DNA of 64,000 bases from Ginglymostoma cirratum (taxonomy: Eukaryota). How positions within the stretch are numbered: the stretch's first letter is position 1; each line of letters begins with the position of its first letter. The translations under genes were made by a program, and so were the position numbers. Below are positions 1-12,799 of the stretch, piece after piece. The stretch lies in contig JAHRHZ010000062.1 of NCBI GenBank assembly GCA_024137785.1, forward strand, positions 26,894,244 through 26,958,243, read 5' to 3'. The notes under the pieces were generated by a model. That model saw only the letters and a list, made by a program, of their open reading frames with translations. It ran no database searches and had not been told where the DNA came from.

Positions 1-1804
1 ATTCCATGCTTTTTGCCTAAAGGATGTGAATCCAGCATTTTAAAATTCATTGCTAATGGGTGTCTTTAAAACTTGAAAGTAAGTAATAAATGTCGAGAAG
101 GACATACCTTCAAAGATTCTGCACAAAATTACAGTGCAACCATTATTCCCAGGACAGATAGGACCAACAGTAGCTCCTCATCTATTGAAAGATCACAGTG
201 TTGGGTAACTATATGAGGTGTGTGTGCATGCAAGTAGGTTGTAGCTTCTAGTGTATCAGGAAATCCATCTTTCGCATGAAGCTTCCATTCATTCAGTTTT
301 CTTGGTATTAGTTTTTGGAACAACTAATAAGCAGATCTCCTGACTAGTGCAGAAATTAACCTAGACTGAATAGTCTCTAACTGGAAATTCTCCCCGCAAT
401 ACATGTGTGCCCAATAACAGAAGATATAGCCATTTTAAAATTTTCATTTTTTCTGTAAATTTGACACACATATAGTGACTACAAAGAATTTCCTTTTTTC
501 TTTATCTCCTCACATCTCACTTGAAGGTGCTGACTTATGCTGGGTCCAAATTCATAAGCACCAGTTCACCTCTAGTACTTCCTGTTTAACAGACGGATAG
601 TCACACATTGAATTAGGCAGTAAAAGACTTGAGGGTTTTATTAAATATTTAGTGTTTTACACAAAAGCACTTTCCACCTTTCCACTCTGAACCCTTCCCC
701 TGAGCAGAAACCAATTCCACACTAGCGATGGTCCAGTTCTTAATACAAAGTCCAGTGAGTGTAACCTGTTCTCAATCAACTCTGGACTTGTTCAGGTTTA
801 GCCTCAAAAAGAAATGCATTCCTAAAACTGACACCTTTCCTAAGCGAACATTCTTTAAATGTGAGGAATGGGTAAATGACTACATGTTCTGGGAGCTGAA
901 TTTAACCCAAGCTTGCCTGATAGTCCACACATACTGGCTTCCCAACAAGATTGTGAGACAGAACAGGAGCCCAGCAATTTTATTCAGTACATTGATCAGG
1001 ATTATTGAAGCCAGTTGTTATGAAACATTTATACTATTAGCTCCTTGAGATCAGCTTCGTCAAAGGAATGGAATGTGAAGATTTTTCTGGTCTATATGAG
1101 CTTGAAAGCTTGCTGATGAAACTTTTAAGATGGAAGCAACATGAAAATCTTGCTTTATTAAACCCAAAAAAACACATTTTTCTTTCCATTGTATCATTGA
1201 CATAAAAGAATATAATCCACAGGTACCAGAGGAGGAGAAAAGTTCACAATGTGGGTTTCAATTACTCTCATTGCAGTTTTAAATGCTCTACTCATTTTGG
1301 AAAGGCAGTTTTGTAGAAGACAAATGAAAGTGTCACTCTTAGCAGAGACTGCCTTTCAAGAATCAATTGAATTCTGATATTTGGCAGCAGTCGCAATGAC
1401 TATGAACAACAGCACTATAATATTACTGTTTGAATAGAGGAGGACAATAATAATTTTTGTGGAGACTGATGGGGCTCAGTCTAACCTGATCATTCATGGA
1501 TCAATTGGTTCCATTCTAGTTTAATTTACCATATGATTTACTTGCAGTTCAGTATTGTAGAAAAATATCCACAACAATTTACCCGCTGGCCTGAAATAGC
1601 AAGCCATCTCTTTCAAATATAGAAGCGATGTAATTACAACCTTTCTAAGGTAGGCAAAAGTTTGAACTATCAAACCCACTCTTATTTTCTGTTTTATGAA
1701 CACAATTAATGCTTTTGCAACCTTGGTGCCACAATGTCTTCCTTTATTACAAGGGGTAAATTTTTTATTGTGGTGGCAGCATCGTGCTTTCATTTTACGG
1801 AATC

Positions 1805-2300
1805 ATTAACTCAAAAATTTACAGCACAGATTAAGGCTATTTGGTCCATTGTGTCCCTGCCATCCAACAAGCTGCCATCTAATCTAACTCCTCGTACATA
1901 GTCTTGTAGTTAGCCGCTTCAAGTGCATATACAGGTGCTTCCTGAAATAGGGTTTCTGCCTCAACCATCCATTGAAACAGTGAGTTCAAGATCACCACCT
2001 CCCTTTGATAAAGCATTTCTCTTTCAATCTCCTTTTACTTCATACTCTGAATCTACATCTCTTGATTATAGATCCTCAGCCGAGGGAAATAGGGCTTTCT
2101 ATCTACTTTGTCAAGCCTCCTCAATTTTGTAGACTTTAGTTGGGTGTCCTCTCGGTCTCTTCAGTTCCAAAGAAAACCTATCAAATTTTTCCTTACAATA
2201 AAAATTCTCCGGTCCCAGGCAGCTGCCTTATAAACCTACCCTGTGCCCTCTGCTATTTCATCTTTGATATAGTGTGGTCACTGAAAGCATCATCTCCCCG
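1805..2300 (-). mobile_element. Old CR1-type LINE 3' fragment
   Basis: Diverged match to the CR1 3' end seen in better copies in this window (acagcacagattaaggctatttggtcc...; ttcaagatcaccacctccctttgataaagcatttctc...). Confidence 0.55.
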
Positions 2301-2949
2301 TTGACGTCATGAACAACAATAAAGTACAACATTATGATTTGTAACTTACCAACACTCCTGAGACAAAAAGAATGGGTCCCTGCCACATCCACGGCTCCCA
2401 CTTTCCACCCTAAGTTGCACTTTTGCAGAATCTGCGGCATCCTTATGTCTTGATTCTGTCCATTTCAAATTTCAGTCATTTTGCTCCTGTTAGTTTATTA
2501 TTAAACCTAAAGTTTAATTTTCTCCTAACTCCTCCATTTCTAATTCCCTTCTTCTATTCGATCCAAAGGCAGGGTTAATACCCTCATTCATTATGATGTC
2601 CCTGCTGTTTTAGCTCAGCTACTTTCATCAAACATTTAGTTTCCTCAGCTAAAAGATTTTTCCCTCACCTCACTCTTTATCTGTTTACAGTCTGATCCTC
2701 TTAATCTTGATAACTTTCTAAAATATTTAAACTCTGTATCAAGATGAATCAAATTCATTAACACTGCTGACAAAAAAAATCTTGCTGCCTTCAGTTTCCA
2801 CTTGAGTTTTCAGTAATGGCTGTGCTGCTGATTCTTGTCCGCTGATCAAGTTGGCACGAATTCCATATTCTTTGTTATCCTGAATGACCTTGAGTAACTT
2901 ATCAATCAGCCTACTCATACCTCTGATCCATGGGCTCTTGACCACTTGC

Positions 2950-4190
2950 CAAATCTACCTCTCGGTGGAAACAAGTCACACTTTGTAAACCAGTTCCATT
3001 TTGTTTAGCATTACAGATCAAGTGAATGTGGTAGTCTTTGAGAATTCTTTGCTGCCTTTTTCTAGTCCAACAGCTGCTTTCACTCTTCATTCCCTTCTAT
3101 CTGTGCCAACTAAGTAACTGATGTTATTCTAGTTGGCATGGAAGGTCTTATAGCTTGCTCTTCCCCTTCTGTCCTGTCGAGTATTGCATCTCTGTTCAGT
3201 CATGTCTGTCGTTTTACAGCCTCTTATAAAAAAAATCTGCATATCTATCTGGCACCTTGATCAGTCTGAAGCATCCCGAGCCAACTGTATCTTTGCTTGT
3301 AACTGATGTATTGCTGCCATCTGCGCTGTTAAGCAGAACTTTATTGAAAAGTGTCAACTGCAAGTCTTTTGTCCTTCCAGCAGCTGCACCTTCTGGTCTG
3401 TTACCAAAGCTATCTCTTGTGACCTCTGCAAATCCACCATTTGGATTCTCTGTATTAATAGCCTTCTCTATTCTTAGGTTCTCTTACCCACTTTCTCTCT
3501 GAAGATTGCACTCTACATTAATTACTTCAGTGGATCAAATGCCACCAGTCTTTTTCCAGTGCAATAATTGACTCTCTTGACCATTGATGGGTCAATAAAA
3601 TCCTGTTTCTTTCAATCTAAGACAGTTTCTCCATCTATGTTACAAATGTGACAAATAGGTAGCACATGTGATGGTTTCACTCCTTATGTTTCTTCATCTA
3701 TCACATTCATGACCTCACTATTTCTGCTTGATTTCAAATGTAAGTCCTATTGATAAGGTTACTCTCAAGGACCATGCTTTTTTCTGCTAAGCCAAGTACT
3801 TCTTATCTCCTGAATAATTCTATTTATAAATCCTCAGTCTGTTTAAACCTGGAGGCTCCTCTAGTAACTTTTTCACGCTTTGGACAGGATACAAGAAAAA
3901 CCTTGGTTGTCTGATAGGCAATATCTCTCTCATCTCTAGCCTTCCCTCTCCATCACAGACTTTCTTCTTTTTTCTTTATTTATTCAAAACTACTATGATG
4001 TTTCTTTGAACTTTTCTTCCTTCTTAAGTCCAAATATGCTATTCTACATGCTGTCCCTCCTTCTAGCATCCTGCAGTATTGAAATCAAAATTCATGGAAC
4101 AGTTTTCTACTCTGATTCTTTCCCAGAACCTCAAAACTGTACTGCTCATTACTTCTTCAGTCTTTCTCCCCATCTACATTCTTAGGCATT
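2950..4190 (-). pseudogene. Putative decayed RLE-type non-LTR retrotransposon (R2/NeSL/HERO-like), C-terminal region
   Basis: Manual minus-strand translation from ~3659 gives PICHICNIDGETVLD*KKQDFIDPSMVKRVN, with CxxC-ET-(H)...R(H)N spacing like the RLE zinc knuckle. It is followed by GNRPE (RPD-like), KVPDRYADF (KxxKY-like) and LEKGS. Stops and frameshifts are present. Confidence 0.4.
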
Positions 4191-4684
4191 GTTAAAGCAA
4201 AGGCTTGCTAATGCCTAACAAATACTTATTGATTTGCCTCATCTCTTTTCATGGTGATTTTTATTTTCACTTGTTAAGGTAATTCTGATTTATGGTACAT
4301 TTTAAATCAGTTTGGTAGGGATGTCAATGCAGAATAACCGACAAGACTGTTATATGTTACAAGGTAACTCTTTCCAGAGTGTAATTGGTTTTGTTTTCAA
4401 ATTAGCAGAGCATAGATGACAGAAACAAAGTGTGTCAGAAATTATTATACAATGATCTTGGACTTTTCTGTACTATATGGCTCAATATCACACCTGTGAC
4501 GGAGTAAGCAATGTGAAAATCCATCTTAACTCCTCCTGTCCTCAAAAAAGTCTTAAATCAGAAACTAGTTGCTATTTTATGGGTAACAAGATGAGATTTA
4601 AGGATCTGCAAATTAATTTCTTTATCCTTTACAGCAACACTGAATACAGGAATGAACCCATTTTCACTGCGACAATCTGATAAA

Positions 4685-4852
4685 ATTACAGTTACCATTA
4701 CAGATACTGCATTAGCTTTGTACACCAGATTTATTTAACTAACTGAATTTTAAATCCCCAGCTGTCATAATGACAAAATTAACTCATGACCTTGGATCAT
4801 TTGTGCAGACCCCTGGAAAACAGGTCCAGTAACATAACCACTATGGTATCCA
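4685..4852 (-). mobile_element. tRNA-derived SINE 5' fragment (family of 61201-61500)
   Basis: aactgaattttaaatccccagctgtcataatg...ggtccagtaacataaccactatg resembles the reverse complement of the SINE at 61201 and the copies at 7940 and 41110. Confidence 0.5.
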
Positions 4853-6039
4853 TCTTATATAATAATGTTAAATTAATAACAGTGGTATAATTTCTTTCTA
4901 AGAAGACTACTTATCTTTGTAACACTTTGACTCCTTGCATGCCCAATTGTTTCTTCAGCTGAAATTCATAATACCCACATAATTAAGTTATGATTCAACT
5001 ATCACAAGTCTTTATTATTTCAAAAGCCTTAGCATTGAACACACTTGTGGCTTCCAGCCTACAAATTACATTTTAGCATTTAATATCATTGAAACTACAC
5101 CTAGTAAAATTATTATTAGCTAGTTCCTGTTCAAATCTAATAATCTATTTGCCACAATATTTTATTCATTTTTTAAAACATTAAATTAGCGAGACTAAGC
5201 CCTAAACTGTTAACGTTAATCTTATAAAACAGAGAGAAGATTCAGACTTTAAAAAAAACTTGAATTTTACAATGCCTTATTTTGTCTTCAAAGCATTGCA
5301 TATATAATGGATAATATTGCACGGCTGTTGTAGCATAGATAAATGTGGCAGGCACTTACATAAAGCATGATCCCACACCTGGCACTGAGACGAATGTCTA
5401 ATTAGTGTGTTCTTCATGGTGTCAGTCATGGAAGAATGTTGCCACAAGAGTAAGAGATTCCACTGGAGTCGATTAAGCTGTGTTCTCCCCATGATTAATT
5501 AAGTGGTAGTAGCCTCAAAATAACTGTTTTGATATTACAACCCATTTTGTACTCGTGAATTCTGGTCACCAGCTTGTGTAGGGTCTTGTAAAGAATGCTT
5601 TGGTGCCTGCTTTTTTCCACTCGGAATCCCCTCATGACATGAAAATTAGCATCTTGTGATGTAGATAGGAGTCCACGACAGTTTTAAGACTAAATGGCAG
5701 GCCTTTTGGTGTACAAAACCCGTCTAGCAAAGTGGGCAGTACAAACAGAGACATACCATTCAGGGTGCTATTTAAAATGGCATTCATCTGCAAATGTTTG
5801 GACATCTGTGTGTCTTCATAGAGTCAGGGGTTTGTGTGGGGCAGACCTTTTCTTTGCTTGCAAGCATCTAGGAGACTCAGAGATTCTCATAATACTCTGG
5901 CAAATGATAGTGGTTTTGGGAACTTAGTGCTGTTTGCATGAGGAGGAAGATCTGTGGCAGCTGCTGGAGAGACCACAAGCAGCCACAGTAGAACCACAGA
6001 AGAGACCACCTAAGATGGGAAGAGCATAAGGCATTCACA

Positions 6040-6240
6040 TTCAAGAAAACAGAGTGTATATACCAGGAATATGTGCCTATATTAAATGAGGAACTGTGCT
6101 TGAGAAGGCTAACACATTAGAGAGGCTCTGATACCTGTGATCCAACTACCCCAGCAGGACCTTGAACAATACCTCTGGGTGCCCTTCTGTGGGAAATCTC
6201 TGACTAAATGTTCAACATTTATCACCACAGGGCCTCACCA
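6040..6240 (+). pseudogene. PIF/Harbinger transposase N-terminal relic
   Basis: Frameshifted translation RVY...LNEELCLRRL...EALIPVIQLPQQDLEQ...FNIY resembles the N-terminus of HARBI1-like transposases. Confidence 0.4.
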
Positions 6241-6417
6241 AAACAAAAGATATCTTGTTTTGATTGACATGAACTCCCCTCAAAGAAGGATTGGTCCCAC
6301 CAGAAACCAATGAAAACCTGTCAGGTGGAAAAGCGCACCAGTGAGATTTGAAGAAGTTCTATCACCAAAGTCATTCTCACTAAGTGCGTTAGAAGAATGG
6401 ACAACACACTTGCCTTG

Positions 6418-6542
6418 AGAGATAAAAGGTACTGCAGATGCTGGAGAATCCGAGATATGGAGGGTTTAGGCCCGAAACGTCAAGTTTTCCTGCTCCTATG
6501 ATGCTGCTTGACCTGCTGTGTTCATCCAGCCCCATGCTTGTT
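6418..6542 (-). mobile_element. Penelope-like terminal fragment with internal inversion and 15-bp TSD
   Basis: Flanked by an exact direct repeat AACACACTTGCCTTG (6403-6417, 6543-6557). It contains a partial hammerhead (GGG-TTTAGG-CCC-GAAACGTC, 6462-6481) and an inverted copy of the terminal tail seen at 48831-48869. Confidence 0.75.
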
Positions 6543-6881
6543 AACACACTTGCCTTGTCCACCTTAACATTTGGTGTATGGAAAAATGATCCTTCTTCAT
6601 TCCTCTTTCCAAACCCGCATGCAGCAAAATTAATGGAAAAATAAACTATAGATTAGGAACAGTTTAGCCTCTAAGTTCTTTTGTTATGATATATTTTCAC
6701 AGACTTCATGAACCTTTGTATGAATTTTCTTTATTTTACAAACACACTTCAACAACTATCAGTTAAGATTACCACCTTTTATAATTGTAACCATGTTGGA
6801 CAGTCAAGTAATTACCAGATTTTATCAGTACTGAATTGAGGTAAAGTTTTATTGTGATAGAGAATAATAAAAGAAGTAAGT

Positions 6882-7900
6882 TTTTTTTTAAATTCTTCCA
6901 CAGGATGTTGGCATCACTGACTAGGCCAACATTTATTGCTCATCCTAAATTGCCCTGGAGAATGTGATGGAGACCTGCTAGCTTGATTCACTGCTGACTT
7001 TGTGCTGTAATACACCCACAGTGCTGTTAGGATTTTGACCCAACAACAGTAAGGAAAGGTTGATATATTTCCAGGTCAGGACGGTTTGTGGTTTGGAGTG
7101 GCAGTGGGTGGTGATCCATACATCTACTTCACTTGTCTTTCTGACGGTAGAGGTTGAGAGTTTGGAAGGTGTTGTGAAAGGAGCCTTGGAAAGTTGCTGC
7201 AGTACGTTTCGTATATGGTGCACACTGCTGCCACTGTGTGATGAGTGGTGTATGCGGTGCCAATCAAGCAAGTTACTTTGTCCAGAATAGTTTTGAGCCT
7301 CTTGAGTGTTGTTGGAGCTGCATTTATCCAGGCAAGTGAAGAGTACGCACGTGGGCAATAAGCTTTGGTGAGTCAGGAGGCGAGTTGCAGGCTGCAGGAT
7401 TCCTAGCTTCTGACCTTCTCTTGCAGCCACAGTATTTATATGGCTGGTCTGGTTCAGTTTCTGTCAGTGGTAGCCCCTAAGGATTTTGATAATGGAAGAC
7501 TTTGTGCTTGGATTATCAAAAATAAATGAGTATATTTCTCTCATGATGGAGATGATCATTACTTGGTGCGGTGTAAATGTTATTTGCTACTTATCAGCCC
7601 AAGCCTGAGTGTCTTCTAGGTCTTGCTGCATATGTACTGCCTCAGTACCTAAGGAGTCCCGATTGGTGCTGAACATCGTGCAAGCCTCTGTGAATATCCT
7701 CCCTTCTGATCTTATACTGGAAGGAAGATCATTGATGAAGCACCTGAAAATGGTTGGGCCTCAGCCAGTACCCTGAGAAACTCCTGCAGTGATGTTCTAG
7801 GTCTGAGATGATTGACCTCCAACAATCAGAGCCGTTGTCTTTCCTACCAGGTGTTTCCACTGATTCCCATTAACATCAGTTTTACTTGGGCTCCTCGATG
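6882..7900 (-). mobile_element. CR1/L2-group LINE 3' fragment (RT to 3' end), decayed
   Basis: Minus-strand RT motif ITAGVSQGTG*GPTIFRCFINDLPSSIRSE near 7700-7790. ORF 6978-7430 (GQKLGILQPATRLLTHQSL) is post-RT sequence. A T-tract at ~6882 is the A tail. Confidence 0.8.
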
Positions 7901-7934
7901 GTCAATGCAAAGTGCTCTGTCCAATTCCATTCCT

Positions 7935-8224
7935 TCAGAGGGCATTTAAGCATCAGCCACATTGCTGTGTATTTGGAGTCCCATGTAGGCCAGAACATGT
8001 GAGGGTCTGTTCCTTGAAGGTCAACAGTGAACCAACTAATTTATTACAATGATTGACAATAATTTATTGTCTTCATTTAATACTGAGACTATTTTATAAT
8101 TTTGGATTTTAAAAGTAGATTAACTCAATTTAAATTCAATAGATGCATTGTGGAAATAGAACCCACAGTGTTAGACTGGGCTACGAGATTACTAGTCCAT
8201 TACCTTTATGCTGTTGCCTCCCCC
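7935..8224 (-). mobile_element. tRNA-derived SINE (family of 61201-61500)
   Basis: Reverse complement starts ggggaggcaacagc, like gggaggcaacggc at 61201, and shares the body (cagtgaacca; ccacattgctgtg...gagtcccatgtaggccaga). Confidence 0.7.
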
Positions 8225-8316
8225 ACAACTTAATTGAATGATAGACAGTTACTGCTAGTCAAATGAAAGCCTTAACTATGTCAGGAAAGTGTGATGGTTA
8301 AGTAAGAACATCAGTG

Positions 8317-8651
8317 ATAGAATCATAGATAGAAGCCATTCGGCCCTTTGAATCTACACTGACCCTCCCACCCAGATCCACCTCCCCATCCTATCCCCGT
8401 AACTTCGCATTAATCACTGCTAATCCACCAAACTTTCATATCCCTGGACACTAGGATAATTCAGCATAGGCAATTCACCTATACTGCACATCTTTGGACT
8501 GTGGAAGGAAACTGGAGCACCCAGTGAAATCCATGCAGACATGGGGAGAATTTGCAAACTCCACACAGATAGTCACCCAAGGCTGGAATTAAACTTGGGT
8601 CCCTGACACTGTGAGACATCACAGCTAACCATTATGATACCACACCATGCC
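8317..8651 (-). mobile_element. HE1-like V-SINE
   Basis: tRNA-like head at the right end, V-domain (rc: tgtgtggagtttgcaaattctccccatgtctgcatgg...ccacagtccaaagatgtgcag) and CR1-derived tail (atagaatcatag...ccattcggccc). Confidence 0.85.
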
Positions 8652-8705
8652 ATGATATGTTGTACATTTGTACGTAAGGTGCTGTAATGTCAATTCTGTT
8701 GTATT

Positions 8706-9115
8706 GTAAAGAAAGAATTTGGATGCATATAGCATCTTTCATTGCTCAATGCTTTCCCTAAGCAAAGCATTCTTCAACTAATGAAGGATTGTTGTTATGT
8801 AGAGAAGGATGGCAGCTATTAAAGTTAGACAAAATTAATAAGAAAGACCAGTTAACCTGTTTTAGTTGAAAGGACACAGGGAGAATTTCCTCGCTCCTGT
8901 CTGAATCATGACTTGGTATCTTTTTATGTCCAGTTGGACAGGCAGTCAGGACATCACTTTACAACTTAATCGAGACATAAGCATCTGGGATAGAATAGCA
9001 TTCCCACAGTAGGACGCTAGAATATCAGCCAGGATTGGGAGCTCAAGTCTTGCAATATGATTTGAATTTAAGATATTCTGCCTCGAGGCAAGAATGCTAC
9101 TACTGAGCAAAAGCA
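8706..9115 (-). mobile_element. Deu-domain SINE (SacSINE1/AmnSINE1-like), diverged
   Basis: Resembles the copy at 21236 and the reverse complement of 28090. The head end reads ...gctcaagtcttg...gaggcaagaatgctactactgagc. Confidence 0.65.
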
Positions 9116-11169
9116 AAGATGTCTAATCAGTTAACCAAGGAAAGCTATTCAGTTCAAGCAAAAGCATCATGGTCATGGATTTTGTTCTCAGTTGTTTTTT
9201 AGTTGAATTTTGAGGCTGTGATATTTGTATTTATAAAATAAGATGATTCAGTTATAAACTGGTCATGCTTGCATGCTCGACATAGCAACTAGATTTAGTC
9301 TTAGCATCAAGTAACAGCCACAGCAGGGTCTAATTAGAATTTCCAGTTTTAAAAATTCAGTCATATGGTGACATTAATGTGCACAGTTAAATTGAGCTCC
9401 ATTTCAAAAGGGGATTCCAAAACATACCATATTTTTTAGAGATGTGACTATTAGAACCAGTTTTAAGGAGGGTGTCACACTATCAATATCTTCTTTGGTG
9501 AAATTCACCATCAGAATTACTTCTACCATTGAACTAATTCCACCCGAATATCTTTTAAAGTAATATCGCCAGCAGGATCTCATTAAAGACAGGCTTGAGT
9601 ATTGGACCTCTCACACTGTGGAAAACTGTTACTCTGCGTAACTTGGGCAAGCATTCCATATAAAACTAGTACTGTTCCTGAGCCGAATGAGTTACACCAT
9701 GTAAATCTGGCACTGTGTCTGGCCTGGATAGGATGCTTTGTTATTTTATTATAGTTATGGATCATAATTGTTAGATAAGGCAAAAGAGGGCTGAAAAAAG
9801 CTGATAGGAAAGAATCTGACTAAAGGAGCCAAACATTCGTGGTCGCGTATCCAAAATTGAAATATCTACCTGGAATTTCCAAAGGGTGTCTCTTGATCAG
9901 GCACAGCAGTCTTGGCAAAAGACCATCAGACACTGTGCCTGTGTGGATTAACCGGAGATATAGATACATTCTGCTATAGTCACATTGACTGACTAAGAAG
10001 CACCAAGGAAATTGCCAGCAATGATACTTTACAAAAGATTTCTCAGCTGGAACAGCAGTTTCTCTGATTGGACTTTGTGGTTTATTCTCCACAGGAGTGA
10101 TAGTGGCATCTTACATTACAACAGACTCAGACACTATCAGAAGTTCCTCTCCTGCTTTTCTTTCGTTTCTGCTACTGGTGTGTTTTGCCATTTTTTTTCA
10201 GTTTGGAGGCCTTGATCCCAGCGGGCAGTGCCATTTCTGGATGGGATTTTACACAAACACATGTTTAACTATTTAGCACATAGCGCTCTCTTAAAGGGAA
10301 GCCTGTATTCAATCTATGCTACTCCATGGCCAGTAATTAACTTCATAGGGGAGGCTGTGGGAGAGCATTTTCAAATTGTGGGAGCTTAATTTTTAACATC
10401 TTGGATTCATGTTACTGTTCTAGCTTCTTGTTTTTTTTCATAAATGCAATTTCTGTTCCTCTTTTCTTTTTGAAAAAAAAGCACTTTGTTTATTAATTTT
10501 CAACACAAAGTGATCTTCTCAACAAATAGCAAATCATAGGTTATACTGTAATATGCAGCGATTATGGTTGAAAGAACTTTAAACACCTAAAACAAGTAAA
10601 CGGTAGAAACAAAAGTGCTGGGGGCCTGAGGACAGGAGAATGGCCCAAGCTAACGAGTCTCAAAGGAAATCAAACAAGTATGTTTTTTGAATAAGTACAT
10701 TTCCCCAGATTAATTTCAAGTCACCCCTGGACCATGCTCTGCTCCCTGGGAGATGGAGTTAGTTGGCAAGCCTCCATCAACTTCTGCCAAGGCCAGTGCA
10801 GGAGTCAAACAGAGGTCAGAGGAGGTACTCACTCTAGGGTCTACACTGACGGCTTCTTCTGCCCACAGTTCCTACACTGGTTGGGAATATTGAAACAAGT
10901 TATTTATGTTGAAAAAGTGAGCGCTGTGCTGGTTGCCTTCTGGCTGCTTCTGCTGTGTGTATCTGAATGGGGGCGGGTGTTTTGGAAAGATCTGTCATCA
11001 AATCGAATTCATGTTGCTAATGTTTATGTGAGTTTGGAAGAAAGCACAGAGCCTTCTGCCTGTATAATTGGTATTTCAGTTAAGTACAGTAATGCTGATT
11101 CTGGGAGCTGTGCACCATTCATAAGAGGTTGCCTATAATTATTTTCTGATAATGAAGGAACCATGCTCA

Positions 11170-11830
11170 AAAGATGTTACAACAGAGAGACTAAGTAACA
11201 AAGAGATCATTTTGTAAGAGGGCAAGAGATCATTGTAATAGGGAGGGTGAGATTACAGTGCAAGAGTGGGTGAGATCTCTCTAAAACAGAGGTAAGAAAC
11301 ACCCTCATAGAGAGTGTAAGAGATGGCGGTGTAACTGAGGGTGAGAAATCATTGTGTATAGAGAGAGTGAGAGATCACTGTGTAATAGAGAAGGAAAGAT
11401 ATCGCTGTAACAGAGGAAATGATAGATTGTTTCAAGACAGAGAATGTGAGGGATCACTCTTCTCCATATGAACAGTTTCCTATATTGCAGAGAATCAGAG
11501 ATTGTGCATAACTCAGCAATGAGCTTACTGCAGGTTGGAGATTAAGTGATCACTGAATTACTGAGAATGTGAGTGATCAGTCTGCAGTAGACAGAATGAG
11601 AGATTGCTGTATATCCAAGAAAAAAATACATCAGACCATATTGGAGAGATCACTGTAGTAGACAGAATGACAGATCACACAATACATCTGAGAGATTGTT
11701 GCATGCGCTATTGCTGTGTATCCAACAGAATGAAAGATTGTTGTCATCACAGAAAGAAAACACTTATGTACACACATAAATATCAGAGAAATAACTATAT
11801 ATTACACGACTGCTGTTTACCAAAGGGGAC
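11170..11830. repeat. Degenerate minisatellite, ~22-27 bp unit (GAGAGATCACTGTAATAGAGGGT-like)
   Basis: Recurrent gagatcattgt/gagatcactgt/gagattgctgt every ~25 bp. Confidence 0.7.
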
Positions 11831-11839
11831 ATTGCAGAT

Positions 11840-12480
11840 AAATACTACTGCAGGAGTTCCTCAGGGAAATATTCTCAGTCCAACCATCTTCAGCGGTTTC
11901 ATCCATAACTTTCCATCCGCCAAGATCAGTCATGGGCCTGTTTACCGATAATTCCAGCACTCAGATCCATGCAGATTTCTCCCACTAATGAAGCAGTACT
12001 TGCCAGGCTGCAGCACGTTTGGGCTGAGAAATAACAGGTTATATTCATGCCATATATGTGATGGGTAATGATTAATTCCATTAGGAAAAACCCAATCTTC
12101 AACCACCCAATCTTCATCATTGTGCATTGTAGGTTCATTATTTAGTATCAATAGCATGCGTTGTAATAACTCACCAACCTTATTTCGACTGCAACTCCCA
12201 GTTGTAAAACCTCCGTCATGATTGAGGAGAACACCAAGATTATGAGAGAACAGTACTACCGCAAAGTTCCCCTTCAAATCACACGCCACCCTGGTTTAGA
12301 AGGGAAAGAAAAATCTTTCATTGTTGCTGACTGAAAATCCTGAAATTCCTTAGATAGTGTCATTGTGAGAGCACCCTCACCACAAAACAGCAAGTGTTCA
12401 AGCAGACAGCTCAACATTACCTTATCAGGACAACTGGTCGAAGGTGATAAAGTGGTTTTGACGGCACCATCCACATCCTA
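11840..12480 (+). mobile_element. CR1/L2-group LINE 3' fragment (same family as 6882-7900)
   Basis: ORF 11604-11951 ends in TAGVPQGNILSPTIFSGFIHNFPS (RT motif). The 3' end ...ggcaccatccacatcc mirrors ~6900. Confidence 0.75.
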
Positions 12481-12494
12481 TTGTACGTCACACT

Positions 12495-12720
12495 TTCAAT
12501 TGCCTCAGCCCTAAGTTTTGGAATATCCTCCCAACCCCTATCTGGCTCTCTACCTTACATTCTTCCTTTAAGACACTTGTTAAAACCTCCCTCTTTGACC
12601 AAGCTTTCAGTCCTAGTATCTTCTTATATGGAGTGGTATCACATTTTGGTTTATTATGTGTCTGTCACATGCTGGGACATTTTACAATCTTAAAACTGCT
12701 ATTTGCATATAATTTACTTT
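12495..12720 (+). mobile_element. L2 LINE 3' end fragment
   Basis: ttggaatatcctccc...cctttaagacacttgttaaaacctccctctttgaccaagcttt resembles the L2 C-terminus (WNxLP...FKxxLKTxLF). Confidence 0.65.
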
Positions 12721-12799
12721 GCAATTCAGAATCTACTAACAACGGCTTATGTTCCCTTCCCTTATCAGTATAAAATAAACACAAGAACATGAATCAAGG

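Noticed and set aside
10734-11138. 134-aa ORF
   Set aside because: No recognisable domain or convincing splice context, and the length is compatible with chance.
11170-11830. CRISPR-like repeat-spacer periodicity
   Set aside because: Units are degenerate and tandem with no unique spacers, there are no cas genes, and the context is eukaryotic.
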